DNA from: Candidatus Levyibacteriota bacterium
GTDB lineage: Bacteria > Patescibacteriota > Microgenomatia > Levybacterales > UBA12049
Direction: 5' to 3'
Assembly (NCBI GenBank): GCA_016182185.1
Contig: JACOXU010000001.1
Span: 207,251-271,250, forward strand
DNA: 64,000 nt
Within the stretch, counting starts at the first letter, position 1, and each line of letters begins with the position of its first letter. Below the pieces are notes generated by a model. It ran no database searches and was not told the DNA's origin. It saw only the letters and a program-made list of their open reading frames with translations. Below, piece after piece: positions 47,144 through 56,697 of this stretch. The position numbers and the translations under genes were made by a program.

Positions 47144-48156
47144 ATATGTAGAATTTTTTTGAGTGTTGCAAAAGAATATGCCAGAAGATACACCCAACAC
47201 ACAATTGGATGAAGAAACCAAGCTCGATCCCGAATGACAATGTATCCTCTTAAGCTGTCCATAAATGGCTTTACTAAAGTGATCGTATACAAAATGAATA
47301 AAATAAGTTTAATCGTGTCACTCAGTTTTTTTGGATTGTAGATATAATATCTCCTTTCCATTCTACTGTTTTTAGATTTAAAATAATACGAAAGAAGAAA
47401 GGCCATTCTTTTTTTCATCAACGTTCTTAGATTAACTGCCGTATCATGTGAGATGCTATTTTTAACTATCGCATACGTGTCGTATTTTTTATCAAGCAAA
47501 TCAACAAAAACATCCATGTGAAGAAACTTTGACGGATCACTTTGAGCATGCGCAAGTAATAAGTCTTTTCTATATACAACTCCATTGCATCCAACAGTCG
47601 GAAGAGTTTCGTGAGTGAACTTTACTATATAATAACGCTGTGTTTCCTTTAAAATTGTACCAACGGCCCACTTTTTCTTAAAATAAGGAAGTCGATCGGG
47701 TTTACCTATGTAGAAAACGACAGGATCTAACACTCCAAATAACGCAACGTATCTGTTAAAAATGTTGTCTGTTTCTGTATATGTAAAGTAAATTGTACCA
47801 GCATGAATTATTTTCTTTTCACTCATAAAAGGCTCAACCATTTGCTTGAGCCAATTTTTATGGGGAATGTAATTGTCTGCATCTAATGATACGATGAGAT
47901 TATTTTTTGCATACATCAAGCCAATTGCTCTTTGAGCCTCGGCGTTATGCGGAATCGGACTTTTAATTATTTTGAAAGAATGATTCTTTAATATTTTTTC
48001 TGTATTGTCAGTAGATCCTCCATCGATATTTAAATATTCAATTTTTTCTTTGGGGTAATCTTGAAACTTAATGGCCTGAACGCATTTTTTGATCGTCCTT
48101 CCATTATTGTAGGTAACAATTACTATCGAGATTTTTGGTAATTTTTTATTTTTCAT
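47140..48156 (-). CDS. GT2 glycosyltransferase with C-terminal TM (paralog of 18925-19866)
   Basis: QDYPK, DGGSTDNT, LDADN, VGCNG, WFLHPIV. Confidence 0.85.
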   Translation of the reverse strand: MKNKKLPKISIVIVTYNNGRTIKKCVQAIKFQDYPKEKIEYLNIDGGSTDNTEKILKNHSFKIIKSPIPHNAEAQRAIGLMYAKNNLIVSLDADNYIPHKNWLKQMVEPFMSEKKIIHAGTIYFTYTETDNIFNRYVALFGVLDPVVFYIGKPDRLPYFKKKWAVGTILKETQRYYIVKFTHETLPTVGCNGVVYRKDLLLAHAQSDPSKFLHMDVFVDLLDKKYDTYAIVKNSISHDTAVNLRTLMKKRMAFLLSYYFKSKNSRMERRYYIYNPKKLSDTIKLILFILYTITLVKPFMDSLRGYIVIRDRAWFLHPIVCWVYLLAYSFATLKKILHI

Positions 48157-49270
48157 TTAGTTTATGATTAAGTAAATAGTTATTGAAATTATTGAAGCTT
48201 TTAGACCAAGAGAAATTTTTACTCCACTTAATTGAGTTCTGATAAAGACTACTTCTGTCTTTATTTTCAATTAAACTGATTAAGGCATTAGCAATCTCAG
48301 TGGGCGATGGATTACTTGATAAAATTGTTCCTGTTCTTTTATGAATTACAGAATCCCGCAGACCCGTTACATTTGATACTATTGATGGTGTCCCGCATGC
48401 GGCCGCTTCGGTAACCACCATGCCCCAGCCCTCTTTTACCGATGGTAATATTAATGCCCACGCTTGCTGCATTAATCTAACTTTTTCATCGCGCATATCC
48501 CTTTTGAGAAAAAAATTATTTTTGTTAACTATAAATACATTTTTTTTGAGTTTTAATTTTTCGATTTGTGTTTTTAAGTTTTTCTCCTCTTTCCCATATC
48601 CTATTAAATATAATTTAGCTTTTGGATATTTAGAAATAACAATAATCATTGCAGAAACACATCTTTCAGGTCTTTTATTCCGAACAAACCTTGCGACAAA
48701 AATGAACGTTGGGTTTTCGGATTTCTTTTGTGGATAATATCTTTTGTGATCGAGTCCAAGAGGAAAAACATAAATATTCTTCTTATCAATCCCAAGAGAT
48801 ATTAAATCCTCTTTTGTGCTATTACTATAACAAACAACATCTGTATTCTTATAAGTAAGGTATTGTAACGGTTCAACTAGATAAGCCAGTATGGAAAAAG
48901 GGAACGGGTATTCATAAAAGAATACTTCCCTCGCCGCTTGATTAGTATATAAAACCCTTCTATCTTTACTTACATAAAGAGGCGTTTGCCAACAAGCCGT
49001 ATTTACGCAATCTAGCACGATGTCGGGTTTTACTTTTAGACTCCGATAATATTGAAAAGCATGAAAAAATACTGAATATTTTCCTCCTGAACGAATTATT
49101 TTTATTCCTTCCTGCACCTCTTCTTCGGAAGAATTCTTAAAACCACTGCAAAACCAAGTAACAGAATTACCTTTTTTGACAAGTCTTTTGACGAGCTCGT
49201 AAAGAATAATTTCAGCTCCTCCGCCTTCCGGATTCTTGATATCACGCCAATTAAGTATTAATATATTCAT
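48146..49270 (-). CDS. GT4 glycosyltransferase
   Basis: LNWRDIKNPEGGGAE, PSVKEGWGMVVTEAAACGTP, GLRDSV. Confidence 0.9.
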   Translation of the reverse strand: MNILILNWRDIKNPEGGGAEIILYELVKRLVKKGNSVTWFCSGFKNSSEEEVQEGIKIIRSGGKYSVFFHAFQYYRSLKVKPDIVLDCVNTACWQTPLYVSKDRRVLYTNQAAREVFFYEYPFPFSILAYLVEPLQYLTYKNTDVVCYSNSTKEDLISLGIDKKNIYVFPLGLDHKRYYPQKKSENPTFIFVARFVRNKRPERCVSAMIIVISKYPKAKLYLIGYGKEEKNLKTQIEKLKLKKNVFIVNKNNFFLKRDMRDEKVRLMQQAWALILPSVKEGWGMVVTEAAACGTPSIVSNVTGLRDSVIHKRTGTILSSNPSPTEIANALISLIENKDRSSLYQNSIKWSKNFSWSKSFNNFNNYLLNHKLNEK

Positions 49271-50157
49271 TACAAAAGACTAATTATTTCTCGAAGATCA
49301 TCTATCCTGATTATTTTTCCCTCAATGTGCGCACCCTTTATTGTCTCGTCGACCAGAATGCCCATACCAAAACCAAGCTCACTTATTGGAACCACAAGAT
49401 CGTCTTCAAAAGAATTCCCAACGACTACCAAATCTTCTGAACCTACATATCTCCCTAAAACTTTATTTATCGTAGATATTCCTTTCTTAAAATAATCCCT
49501 TGAAGGCTTATCATGTGGATCTCCAACTATAATATCATTAAAATATAATCCTTCTTTTCGAAGCTCTTCCATACGCCTCTTTTTGAATTCTTCGGAATAA
49601 ATTGGGTCATAAGAAAAAACTCCGTTTTCAAAAAGTAACCTTCCATCACTACTTGTTAATAAATAAATTGGGATATTATGTTTTTTAAGCTCCTTGAATA
49701 AAATTTTTGCAGATATGAAAGTTTTTGCTTTTTTTGTAATTGCATGCCAATGAGCATCTACTACTGATTTTATTATTCTGTTGTCTATTTCTACCCCTAC
49801 ACTATCTGCAGCAATCTTAAGAAATACCTCCCTGCTCCATTTTTTTATAAATCCCCATTTGTCATTTATTAATTTCTGATGAAGACTTATCTTTGAAAGT
49901 ATCTCCTTATATGCCTTCTTACCACCCGGAACACCATCCCAATCCTTCTCGTTTGTTATGAGAAAACCTGCAATCATAAGACTTGTTATATAGTGAACAT
50001 GCTTAATAATACTATTTGCTTTATGTTTCTCTATTCCGTTATCTATAAGTTCTTGTTCCATGCTCTTCATTGCATAAAGATGACCCGTTGCTGTATTAAT
50101 CAAAGTATGGTTAACATCAAATAGAAAAATTTTATTCTTTAAATTCACGCTTTTCAT
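49270..50157 (-). CDS. HAD superfamily hydrolase-like protein
   Basis: FLFDVNHTL (motif I variant), LLTSS, KPS, VVVGNSFEDDL. Confidence 0.7.
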   Translation of the reverse strand: MKSVNLKNKIFLFDVNHTLINTATGHLYAMKSMEQELIDNGIEKHKANSIIKHVHYITSLMIAGFLITNEKDWDGVPGGKKAYKEILSKISLHQKLINDKWGFIKKWSREVFLKIAADSVGVEIDNRIIKSVVDAHWHAITKKAKTFISAKILFKELKKHNIPIYLLTSSDGRLLFENGVFSYDPIYSEEFKKRRMEELRKEGLYFNDIIVGDPHDKPSRDYFKKGISTINKVLGRYVGSEDLVVVGNSFEDDLVVPISELGFGMGILVDETIKGAHIEGKIIRIDDLREIISLL

Positions 50158-50237
50158 GTTTTTTGCATAAACCGTTTACTTCTTTATAGAAACACCTGCG
50201 GTTTTTTAAGTGTTGTCAGCCCTTTAATATCCCAGTG

Positions 50238-50990
50238 TTAATGAGTTTTATTTATTTTACTATAATAATTAAGTATTTTAAGTCTGTAGAATACAGCAAT
50301 TGTATCCCACAATGCGTTAAATATTATATTCCAAAAATTTCTAGAGGTTATACTTCCGCTTTTAAAATTGAGTTTTATAGGAGACTCATAAATTCTTGTA
50401 TATCCCAGTTTATGTGCCAGAGCTAAAACTTCTATGTCAAAGGCAAATCTTTTAACAATTATCATCGGGAAAACTTCTTTTGCAACCCGTTTTTTAAATA
50501 TTTTAAGTCCAACCTGCGTGTCTTTAATTTCAAATCCAAAAAGTGCGTGGGTAAGAGTTCTATATCCCCAAGATAGGATTTTTCTAGTAAATGGGTAATT
50601 CACCTTTGATTCAGGATGAAGTTTACTGCCCATAACAATGTCTGCTTTATTCCAATCCATAATATCAAGCATTATTGAAATTTGCGTCGGATCTAAATCC
50701 ATCCCCGCATCAATAAAACCTATTGTTTCGCCTCTAGCTTCGCTTACTCCGTATTTAATTGCAAAACCCTTTCCTTTGTTTTCTTCGTACCCGAAGATTT
50801 TTATATTATTATTTTTTATTGATTTTAGAATTTCATATGTTTTATCCACAAAACCATCAACAACTATAAGTATTTCGTAATTAATATGAAGTGAGGTTAA
50901 AATTCTATTAAGATTCTTAATATCTCTAATTATAGTTTTTTCTTGTTTATAGGCAGGAACTATTATTGAAAGAAGATTTCCTTCACTCAT
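50238..50990 (-). CDS. Dolichyl-phosphate glucose/mannose synthase-like GT2
   Basis: VPAYKQE, NKGKGFA, FIDAGMDL, GSK, DTQVGLK, FAFDIE; ATG 50990. Confidence 0.85.
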   Translation of the reverse strand: MSEGNLLSIIVPAYKQEKTIIRDIKNLNRILTSLHINYEILIVVDGFVDKTYEILKSIKNNNIKIFGYEENKGKGFAIKYGVSEARGETIGFIDAGMDLDPTQISIMLDIMDWNKADIVMGSKLHPESKVNYPFTRKILSWGYRTLTHALFGFEIKDTQVGLKIFKKRVAKEVFPMIIVKRFAFDIEVLALAHKLGYTRIYESPIKLNFKSGSITSRNFWNIIFNALWDTIAVFYRLKILNYYSKINKTH

Positions 50991-51537
50991 TAGTATTGAA
51001 AAGTTTCCTAATAATATCCCAATTAAAAAAAGTGTCATCGGGAAATTTAATACCAGCTCTATCAAAAGGCAATCTTTCTTCTTCTTCTGGATTATAAAGT
51101 GCAGTCGGAAAGTTTAGCAAAATCGCTGGCTTTTGAGATACGACTAGGAACCCATGAAGAGTCTTCTTTGGTATCAACAGGATATATGGGTCAATGTCAG
51201 ATTGCATGTGAAATAAATTCAATAATCCTTTTGTCGGTGATTCTTCTCGGTTATCTGCAATTGCAACTACTGTTGCACCTTGGACAACAATAAATCTGTC
51301 GTCCTGAACTGTTGGATGATAATGCCAAACGTCTTCATCTCGAGCCGTACCTGGAGGAGTAACAGAGTAATATTGCATAAAAAATTCTCTTTTTTTTCCG
51401 TAAATCTCCTTCCAATCTATCCTTAAAGTTTCAACCAGGACTCCCGATTCGTCGCTATTTATTTTGAGCGGATAAAGAAAAACGTCTTTAATAAGATCAG
51501 CACTATCCTTATTCTTAAAATCAATAAACTCAATCAT
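50983..51537 (-). CDS. RmlC-like cupin (dTDP-4-dehydrorhamnose 3,5-epimerase family)
   Basis: DESG.LVE, WHYH..Q.DRF, D.REESPT, IP...LHGF. Confidence 0.75.
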   Translation of the reverse strand: MIEFIDFKNKDSADLIKDVFLYPLKINSDESGVLVETLRIDWKEIYGKKREFFMQYYSVTPPGTARDEDVWHYHPTVQDDRFIVVQGATVVAIADNREESPTKGLLNLFHMQSDIDPYILLIPKKTLHGFLVVSQKPAILLNFPTALYNPEEEERLPFDRAGIKFPDDTFFNWDIIRKLFNTNE

Positions 51538-51543
51538 TGATAA

Positions 51544-51572
51544 ATGATATCAAATATTAATTGTTATTCCAA
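51544..51572 (-). promoter_or_regulatory. Putative sigma70 promoter, leaderless type
   Basis: TTGGAA-17nt-TATCAT (extended TG), 6 nt before ATG 51537. Confidence 0.55.
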
Positions 51573-51581
51573 CTACGTGCT

Positions 51582-52901
51582 CTAATTTCTTGGATTATTA
51601 ACAAAAGTAATGGCTTTTATAATTCTATTAAAATTTCCGTATTCTTTAAAATAGTATGCGAGAAGAATTATAAAAATTACCGATGAGGCAATAAGGGAAA
51701 CGCCAATTACCTGAAAAAAAGTTCTATGGAAAGCCGAAATAAGTATTATTTGAGAGAGCACCCCTAATCCAATAATTATAAATACATTTGTTTTTTTTAA
51801 AGAAAGGAAAAAATTTGCACATACATTTAACAAGCTAAATACTACAATAAACAAACCATAAATTCCAAGATAGGGAGAGATTTCTACATACTCTCTTCCT
51901 CCTAAAAAGAAATTAATAGTAAGTAGTGGAAAGAGAAAGTAAAATAGCATTATCACAATTGAAGGAATAGCTACCAATATTAAAGCCAGGTAAAATAAAG
52001 AATTATAATCTTTCCCGAGATTATGTCTTTTAATAAGCAAAGGGAACATAACAGATACTATAGGGCTAGTAAAATAGAATATTACCTTGCCTGCGAGAGA
52101 AAGACCTGCATATAGCCCTGCATCATGAGCATGGAAAAAATGCTTAACTAAAATTATGTCTATTGAAGTAAGAGAATTAAGAGAAAGAATTGTAATAGTG
52201 GTTGGAAGAGCATAAATTATGATTTCTTTTGTTGGAAATTTAATATCCATAGTTTTCTTTTTATTTATCAAGAAACGAAGCGGTATAAATGTAAAAAATA
52301 AAGGTAATAAAAAAGCGAGCACTATTGCCCAAAGAGCAGCGAATACCTTAAATCCCAAAAATACCAGCAGTCCTCCAATCGCAATCTTTAAAGCCCCTCC
52401 TGCTATCTGAGTAAAAGAAATAAACGAAAATTTAAGCAAGCTTTGTAGATAAGCATTATTAACTATTCCCAAATAATTAATGCTCACAATAAAGCCAGTT
52501 AAAATAACATACCAAATATTATCTAGATTTAAAAATTCTTTTATTGAGATCGAAAATAAAACAAATCCCAGAAATATAAAAATGGAAAAAATTATAGACA
52601 ATTTTAATAATCTAGAATATAATACTTTAGCTTCATCGATTTTGTTTTTGGTAAAATAGTCAGCGGCAAATTTAATAATTACAGTCGTTATAGACTGAGC
52701 AGGAATTCCTATAAGAATAAAAAGTGATAATAAACTAGCATAAGCTCCATAATCTACGGTATTAAGATTTCGAGCAAGGAGAAGATTAAATAAGAAAGCA
52801 AAAATGTTGGCAATTAAAGATCCTGTGAATATATAAAAACTCCCTGTTATTAATTCATGTTTTATAAATTTTTCTCCTATATTTAATAAATTCTGTTTCA
52901 T
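51582..52901 (-). CDS. Wzx/MOP-family oligosaccharide flippase
   Basis: About 12 TM; LARNL...YG, DIILVKHFF..AGLYA..GKVI..VMFP. Confidence 0.85.
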   Translation of the reverse strand: MKQNLLNIGEKFIKHELITGSFYIFTGSLIANIFAFLFNLLLARNLNTVDYGAYASLLSLFILIGIPAQSITTVIIKFAADYFTKNKIDEAKVLYSRLLKLSIIFSIFIFLGFVLFSISIKEFLNLDNIWYVILTGFIVSINYLGIVNNAYLQSLLKFSFISFTQIAGGALKIAIGGLLVFLGFKVFAALWAIVLAFLLPLFFTFIPLRFLINKKKTMDIKFPTKEIIIYALPTTITILSLNSLTSIDIILVKHFFHAHDAGLYAGLSLAGKVIFYFTSPIVSVMFPLLIKRHNLGKDYNSLFYLALILVAIPSIVIMLFYFLFPLLTINFFLGGREYVEISPYLGIYGLFIVVFSLLNVCANFFLSLKKTNVFIIIGLGVLSQIILISAFHRTFFQVIGVSLIASSVIFIILLAYYFKEYGNFNRIIKAITFVNNPRN

Positions 52902-52902
52902 A

Positions 52903-54024
52903 TTAAGCTATAAAATAACCTCTAAGAAAGAAGGATGTTAATATGATTAATAATATTGATAATATTGTCAATAATAATAGTTTATATACAGTTTTTTTAA
53001 TTCTAGCCAGTAATATAAAAATGGGAAAAACAACAAGCGTATATCTTGGCATGGAAGATAACGTCCCTGAAAATGTTGGAACTATAATAGCAAATAAACT
53101 AAACAATACATAGGAAAACCTAATGTTTTTTCTAAATAACATTAGCAAAAGTAAAAATGCAGAAAAAATAATAATTTCCAAGAGAGCGATAAGATAATTA
53201 TGTGTTAGAGGATTGAGGGTAGTCAATATTTTCACATATCTAAAAAATAATTGTGGCAGTAAAATTATTTCCCCCCCGCTTCTTTCTGCCCCGAAAGCAG
53301 GCTGAGTATGAATGAATAAGAAGGAATCTTGGTAGTTAACCCATAAGTAAATCATATAAGCAAGTACTCCAGATGAAGAAATTAGAGTAAAAGAAAGAAA
53401 ATTTAAGAGATATGACTTTAAATTACTCACATTTTTAATTCTAGAAAGATAAAATTCTAGTAAAAGAGGAATCAAAAGAAAAATTCCGATTATTCTTGTT
53501 GCTGAAGCAAATCCAATTAAAATACTCGTCAAAGTAAATTTTTGCCTACGCATGAAATAAAAAGACGAAAAGACAAAGGCAAGAAATAAAGATTCAGTAT
53601 ATATACTGCCTAAAAAAAATGCTGTTGGGAAAAACAACAAGAAAATAAGAGTCCACTTTACGGTATCAGTTTTAAAATCCATTGAAGCTAACTTATATAA
53701 AAATATTAGAGAGATTAATAAACTAACATGAACAATAAATAACGCGCTGAGAATATAATTTCCCATAAAGAAAAGAGAAAAAAATTTAATTAATAACGGA
53801 AATAAGGGGAAAAATGCCTGTTGATAAATACCGTATCCATATTTAGCAATGTTTAGATAATGCTCTCCGTCAAAATTCGCCCATGGAATAAGACCTGTAA
53901 ATTGAGGGTTTAAAATAATATATTTACTGAAATATTCAACAACATAAAGAACGAGTTTCCAAATAACAAATAATATAAAAATAAATAAAAATAAATCCCT
54001 ATTGCCCTTTAATAACTTCTTCAT
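52903..54024 (-). CDS. PIG-V-like (GT76, Mannosyl_trans2) GT-C mannosyltransferase
   Basis: WANFDGEHYLNIA..GY, AFFPLFP, YTESLF, TR..G, SMPRY; ATG 54024. Confidence 0.8.
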   Translation of the reverse strand: MKKLLKGNRDLFLFIFILFVIWKLVLYVVEYFSKYIILNPQFTGLIPWANFDGEHYLNIAKYGYGIYQQAFFPLFPLLIKFFSLFFMGNYILSALFIVHVSLLISLIFLYKLASMDFKTDTVKWTLIFLLFFPTAFFLGSIYTESLFLAFVFSSFYFMRRQKFTLTSILIGFASATRIIGIFLLIPLLLEFYLSRIKNVSNLKSYLLNFLSFTLISSSGVLAYMIYLWVNYQDSFLFIHTQPAFGAERSGGEIILLPQLFFRYVKILTTLNPLTHNYLIALLEIIIFSAFLLLLMLFRKNIRFSYVLFSLFAIIVPTFSGTLSSMPRYTLVVFPIFILLARIKKTVYKLLLLTILSILLIILTSFFLRGYFIA

Positions 54025-55066
54025 ATACGGCATTCGTTTCTTTAGCTGTTTTTTGCCAGGAAAATTTTTTGGACTGAATTGATCCTTTTTCTGAAAGTTC
54101 TTTCTGTAAATTTGTATTCGAAAAAACCTCTTCAATTCCCTCTCTAATACTATTGGCATCATAGGGATCAACATAGAAAACAGCATCTTCTGCAACTTCG
54201 GGAATTGATCCCTCTCTTGAGGTTACTACCGGACAACCGCAAGACATTGCCTCAAGAATCGGCAGTCCAAATCCCTCATACAAGCTCGGCATTGCAAAAA
54301 CTGATGCGTAATTATAAAGAGAAACTAAATCTTTTTGATCCACAAATCCAAGCCTAATAAATCTGCCATCATTTCTAATCATTTCTTGAATTTTTCTAAG
54401 ATCCTGATTCCATGGATTATCAATGTCGTAATCTTTAGATATTAAAGCTTCTCCAATCATTACGATCTTAAGGTTCGTTTTTTTAATCGCTTCGATTAAC
54501 CGAGGTAAATTCTTATTCCATGTCACATCACCTACATAAAGAACAAAACTTTCCGGCAGGCTGTATTTCTTTCTCAAATTCTGAATTTTGAATTCTGAAT
54601 TTTGAATTCTTTTGAATTCTTCTCCCGCAGCTAAATATACAACACTAATTTTATTTTCATCAATTCCGGCGAATTTGCTTATATCTCTCTTTGATGACTC
54701 AGAATCTGTAATAATAGTTTCTACCTTATTCAGCGCTTTTTTTTGTATTTGCCACCTCAATTCTCCTTTTATGCCTCTTGGAAAATAATTGGGAAAAACA
54801 AGAGGAGTTAAATCATGAACAGTGACAATTGTCTTAAATTTTTTAAAAAAGGGCAGCGTCAAAAAAAAGGGTTCAAAATAAGGGTAGTGGACTAAATCTA
54901 GTTTTTGGAGTAATTTTTCTCCTCGAGTAAAAAAAATATACTTATTTTCTGGATAGTACTTCAATAGAGCCTTTTTAAGATTTTTTAAATAAAAGCCCGT
55001 ACCCCTAACTCTGTGCTGTAAATAATTTTTCTTTTCCAATGGAGAGATATCGATACCAATTATCAT
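53999..55066 (-). CDS. GT4 glycosyltransferase (MtfB-like)
   Basis: RGTGFY, VTVHDL, KNL, PSLYEGFGLPILEAM. Confidence 0.92.
   Translation of the reverse strand: MIIGIDISPLEKKNYLQHRVRGTGFYLKNLKKALLKYYPENKYIFFTRGEKLLQKLDLVHYPYFEPFFLTLPFFKKFKTIVTVHDLTPLVFPNYFPRGIKGELRWQIQKKALNKVETIITDSESSKRDISKFAGIDENKISVVYLAAGEEFKRIQNSEFKIQNLRKKYSLPESFVLYVGDVTWNKNLPRLIEAIKKTNLKIVMIGEALISKDYDIDNPWNQDLRKIQEMIRNDGRFIRLGFVDQKDLVSLYNYASVFAMPSLYEGFGLPILEAMSCGCPVVTSREGSIPEVAEDAVFYVDPYDANSIREGIEEVFSNTNLQKELSEKGSIQSKKFSWQKTAKETNAVYEEVIKGQ
54577..54611. repeat. 7-nt tandem repeat (AATTYTG, about 5 units) in the GT4 linker
   Basis: aattctg aattttg aattctg aattttg aattctt; encodes RIQNSEFKIQN. Confidence 0.8.
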
Positions 55067-56697
55067 ATTATCTTATATCGAAAATTTTTGAAAATTATTA
55101 TCGTAAATATTACGAAAGATATCAATGAAAGAGCTTCAGCAAAATTTCTGACCGAAGTATTTCCAAATTTTAGTTCAACAACATGTTTCCCTCTTGGAAC
55201 TAAAAATTTAATTAAACCGTTTTCAGTACGTCCCAGAGCTGAAGGTCTATTATCTATAGTAACATACCAGCCGGGAAAATAAGCAGTGTTTACAATAATT
55301 TCGCTTTTTTCTTTTATCTTTATTTCAAATAAGTATCTCGATGGGTTTAATTTTTTTATGAAAATTTCTCCGTGATTTTTATTAATAGATATCTTTTTAT
55401 CACTTCTGGAAAATGATCCATTGATCCAATTTGTGTTAAATAAATTCCCTGGACTATTTGTCCCGTCCATAAAATTTGATCGGGTTAAATAGTAATTATC
55501 TTCTCTATCAAAATAATGAGCTGGTCGAGCATAACCTATCCCGAGCAGGAATACTAAAAAAATTATGATTCCGGCTAGTATTTTTGAATGATATACAGAA
55601 AATAGGCTTCCAGCCATGAACGACGCTGTAAGCATCACGATACTTAAAAATCGCCATGGAAACTGAAAATAGTTCATAAGCGGGAAAAAATCCCAAATAG
55701 AGATAGAGAACTTTGTTATCAATAAAACTGATAAAAAAAACCAAATTAAGAAAAACAAGAGGATTTTAAATTTTTTATCTTTCCTCTTCAGCAAGGGGAC
55801 AAGTAAAACAATACTTGCTAAAACCGCAAAAATATTTGCTATTCCAATTTGAACTGACATTTCGTTTCCTCCCCCCGTTCCGAAAAAGCCGGAACCCCAC
55901 GATGGAATAATGAGCTGGTAAATCTCGGCAAAGTTTCTTTTGACATCAAAAATTTGAAGACCGGTAACGTATTTTAGTTCAAAAATTGCCGGAATCCAAA
56001 AAATAGACGCTAACCCTAGTCCGAGAAAAATAACGGCTACAGAATTTTTTAAACTTGTAATTATATTATTACCTAAATAACTTAGTAATAACATATAAGA
56101 CAGGACGAATGGAAAAAAGGCAAAGGCAAGTATATTGTGTGCAAATATTATTAAAGCCAAAATTAAACCGGAAAATGCAATAAAGATTTTTTCATCTCTA
56201 AATATTGCTTTTGTTACAGCCCATAAAAAAACGGGAAATAATCCCAAAGCCCAAACCTCACCGACTGATCCTCTAATATAGATGTCTACAAAAAAATATG
56301 GTGAAAATGAATAGAAAATTGCGCCAACTACTCCTCCTAACTTACCCCAAAATTCTTTACTCCATAAATAAAAAGATATAGCACCAAAAACATAGGCCAT
56401 GAACATATTCAACTTAAAGGCATTAATAAAGCTAATTCCAAGCAAATGCAAGAACGATGCAATATAGTTAGGTAAGGGGTAAACATAGTTAAAAAGTGGT
56501 ACTCCCAAACCGAAATTTAAGTCCGGTGCCCAACGGGGATATAAATTTCCATCTGCTAAAACTTTATAAAATTCATAAAAACGCACAATATGATACTCAC
56601 CGTCATGGGTTGGAATGAGACCGGAATAAAGCAAAGGGAATCCTCCTATCAAAGGAAAAATAATTAACAAAACCCATACTAGATATTTCTTGACCAT
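55063..56697 (-). CDS. GT-C membrane protein (PTPS_related/YfhO-like)
   Basis: THDGEYH, PRWAPDLNFGLG.P, YIRG..GE, HN, QFPWRF, YFPGW. Confidence 0.8.
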   Translation of the reverse strand: MVKKYLVWVLLIIFPLIGGFPLLYSGLIPTHDGEYHIVRFYEFYKVLADGNLYPRWAPDLNFGLGVPLFNYVYPLPNYIASFLHLLGISFINAFKLNMFMAYVFGAISFYLWSKEFWGKLGGVVGAIFYSFSPYFFVDIYIRGSVGEVWALGLFPVFLWAVTKAIFRDEKIFIAFSGLILALIIFAHNILAFAFFPFVLSYMLLLSYLGNNIITSLKNSVAVIFLGLGLASIFWIPAIFELKYVTGLQIFDVKRNFAEIYQLIIPSWGSGFFGTGGGNEMSVQIGIANIFAVLASIVLLVPLLKRKDKKFKILLFFLIWFFLSVLLITKFSISIWDFFPLMNYFQFPWRFLSIVMLTASFMAGSLFSVYHSKILAGIIIFLVFLLGIGYARPAHYFDREDNYYLTRSNFMDGTNSPGNLFNTNWINGSFSRSDKKISINKNHGEIFIKKLNPSRYLFEIKIKEKSEIIVNTAYFPGWYVTIDNRPSALGRTENGLIKFLVPRGKHVVELKFGNTSVRNFAEALSLISFVIFTIIIFKNFRYKII

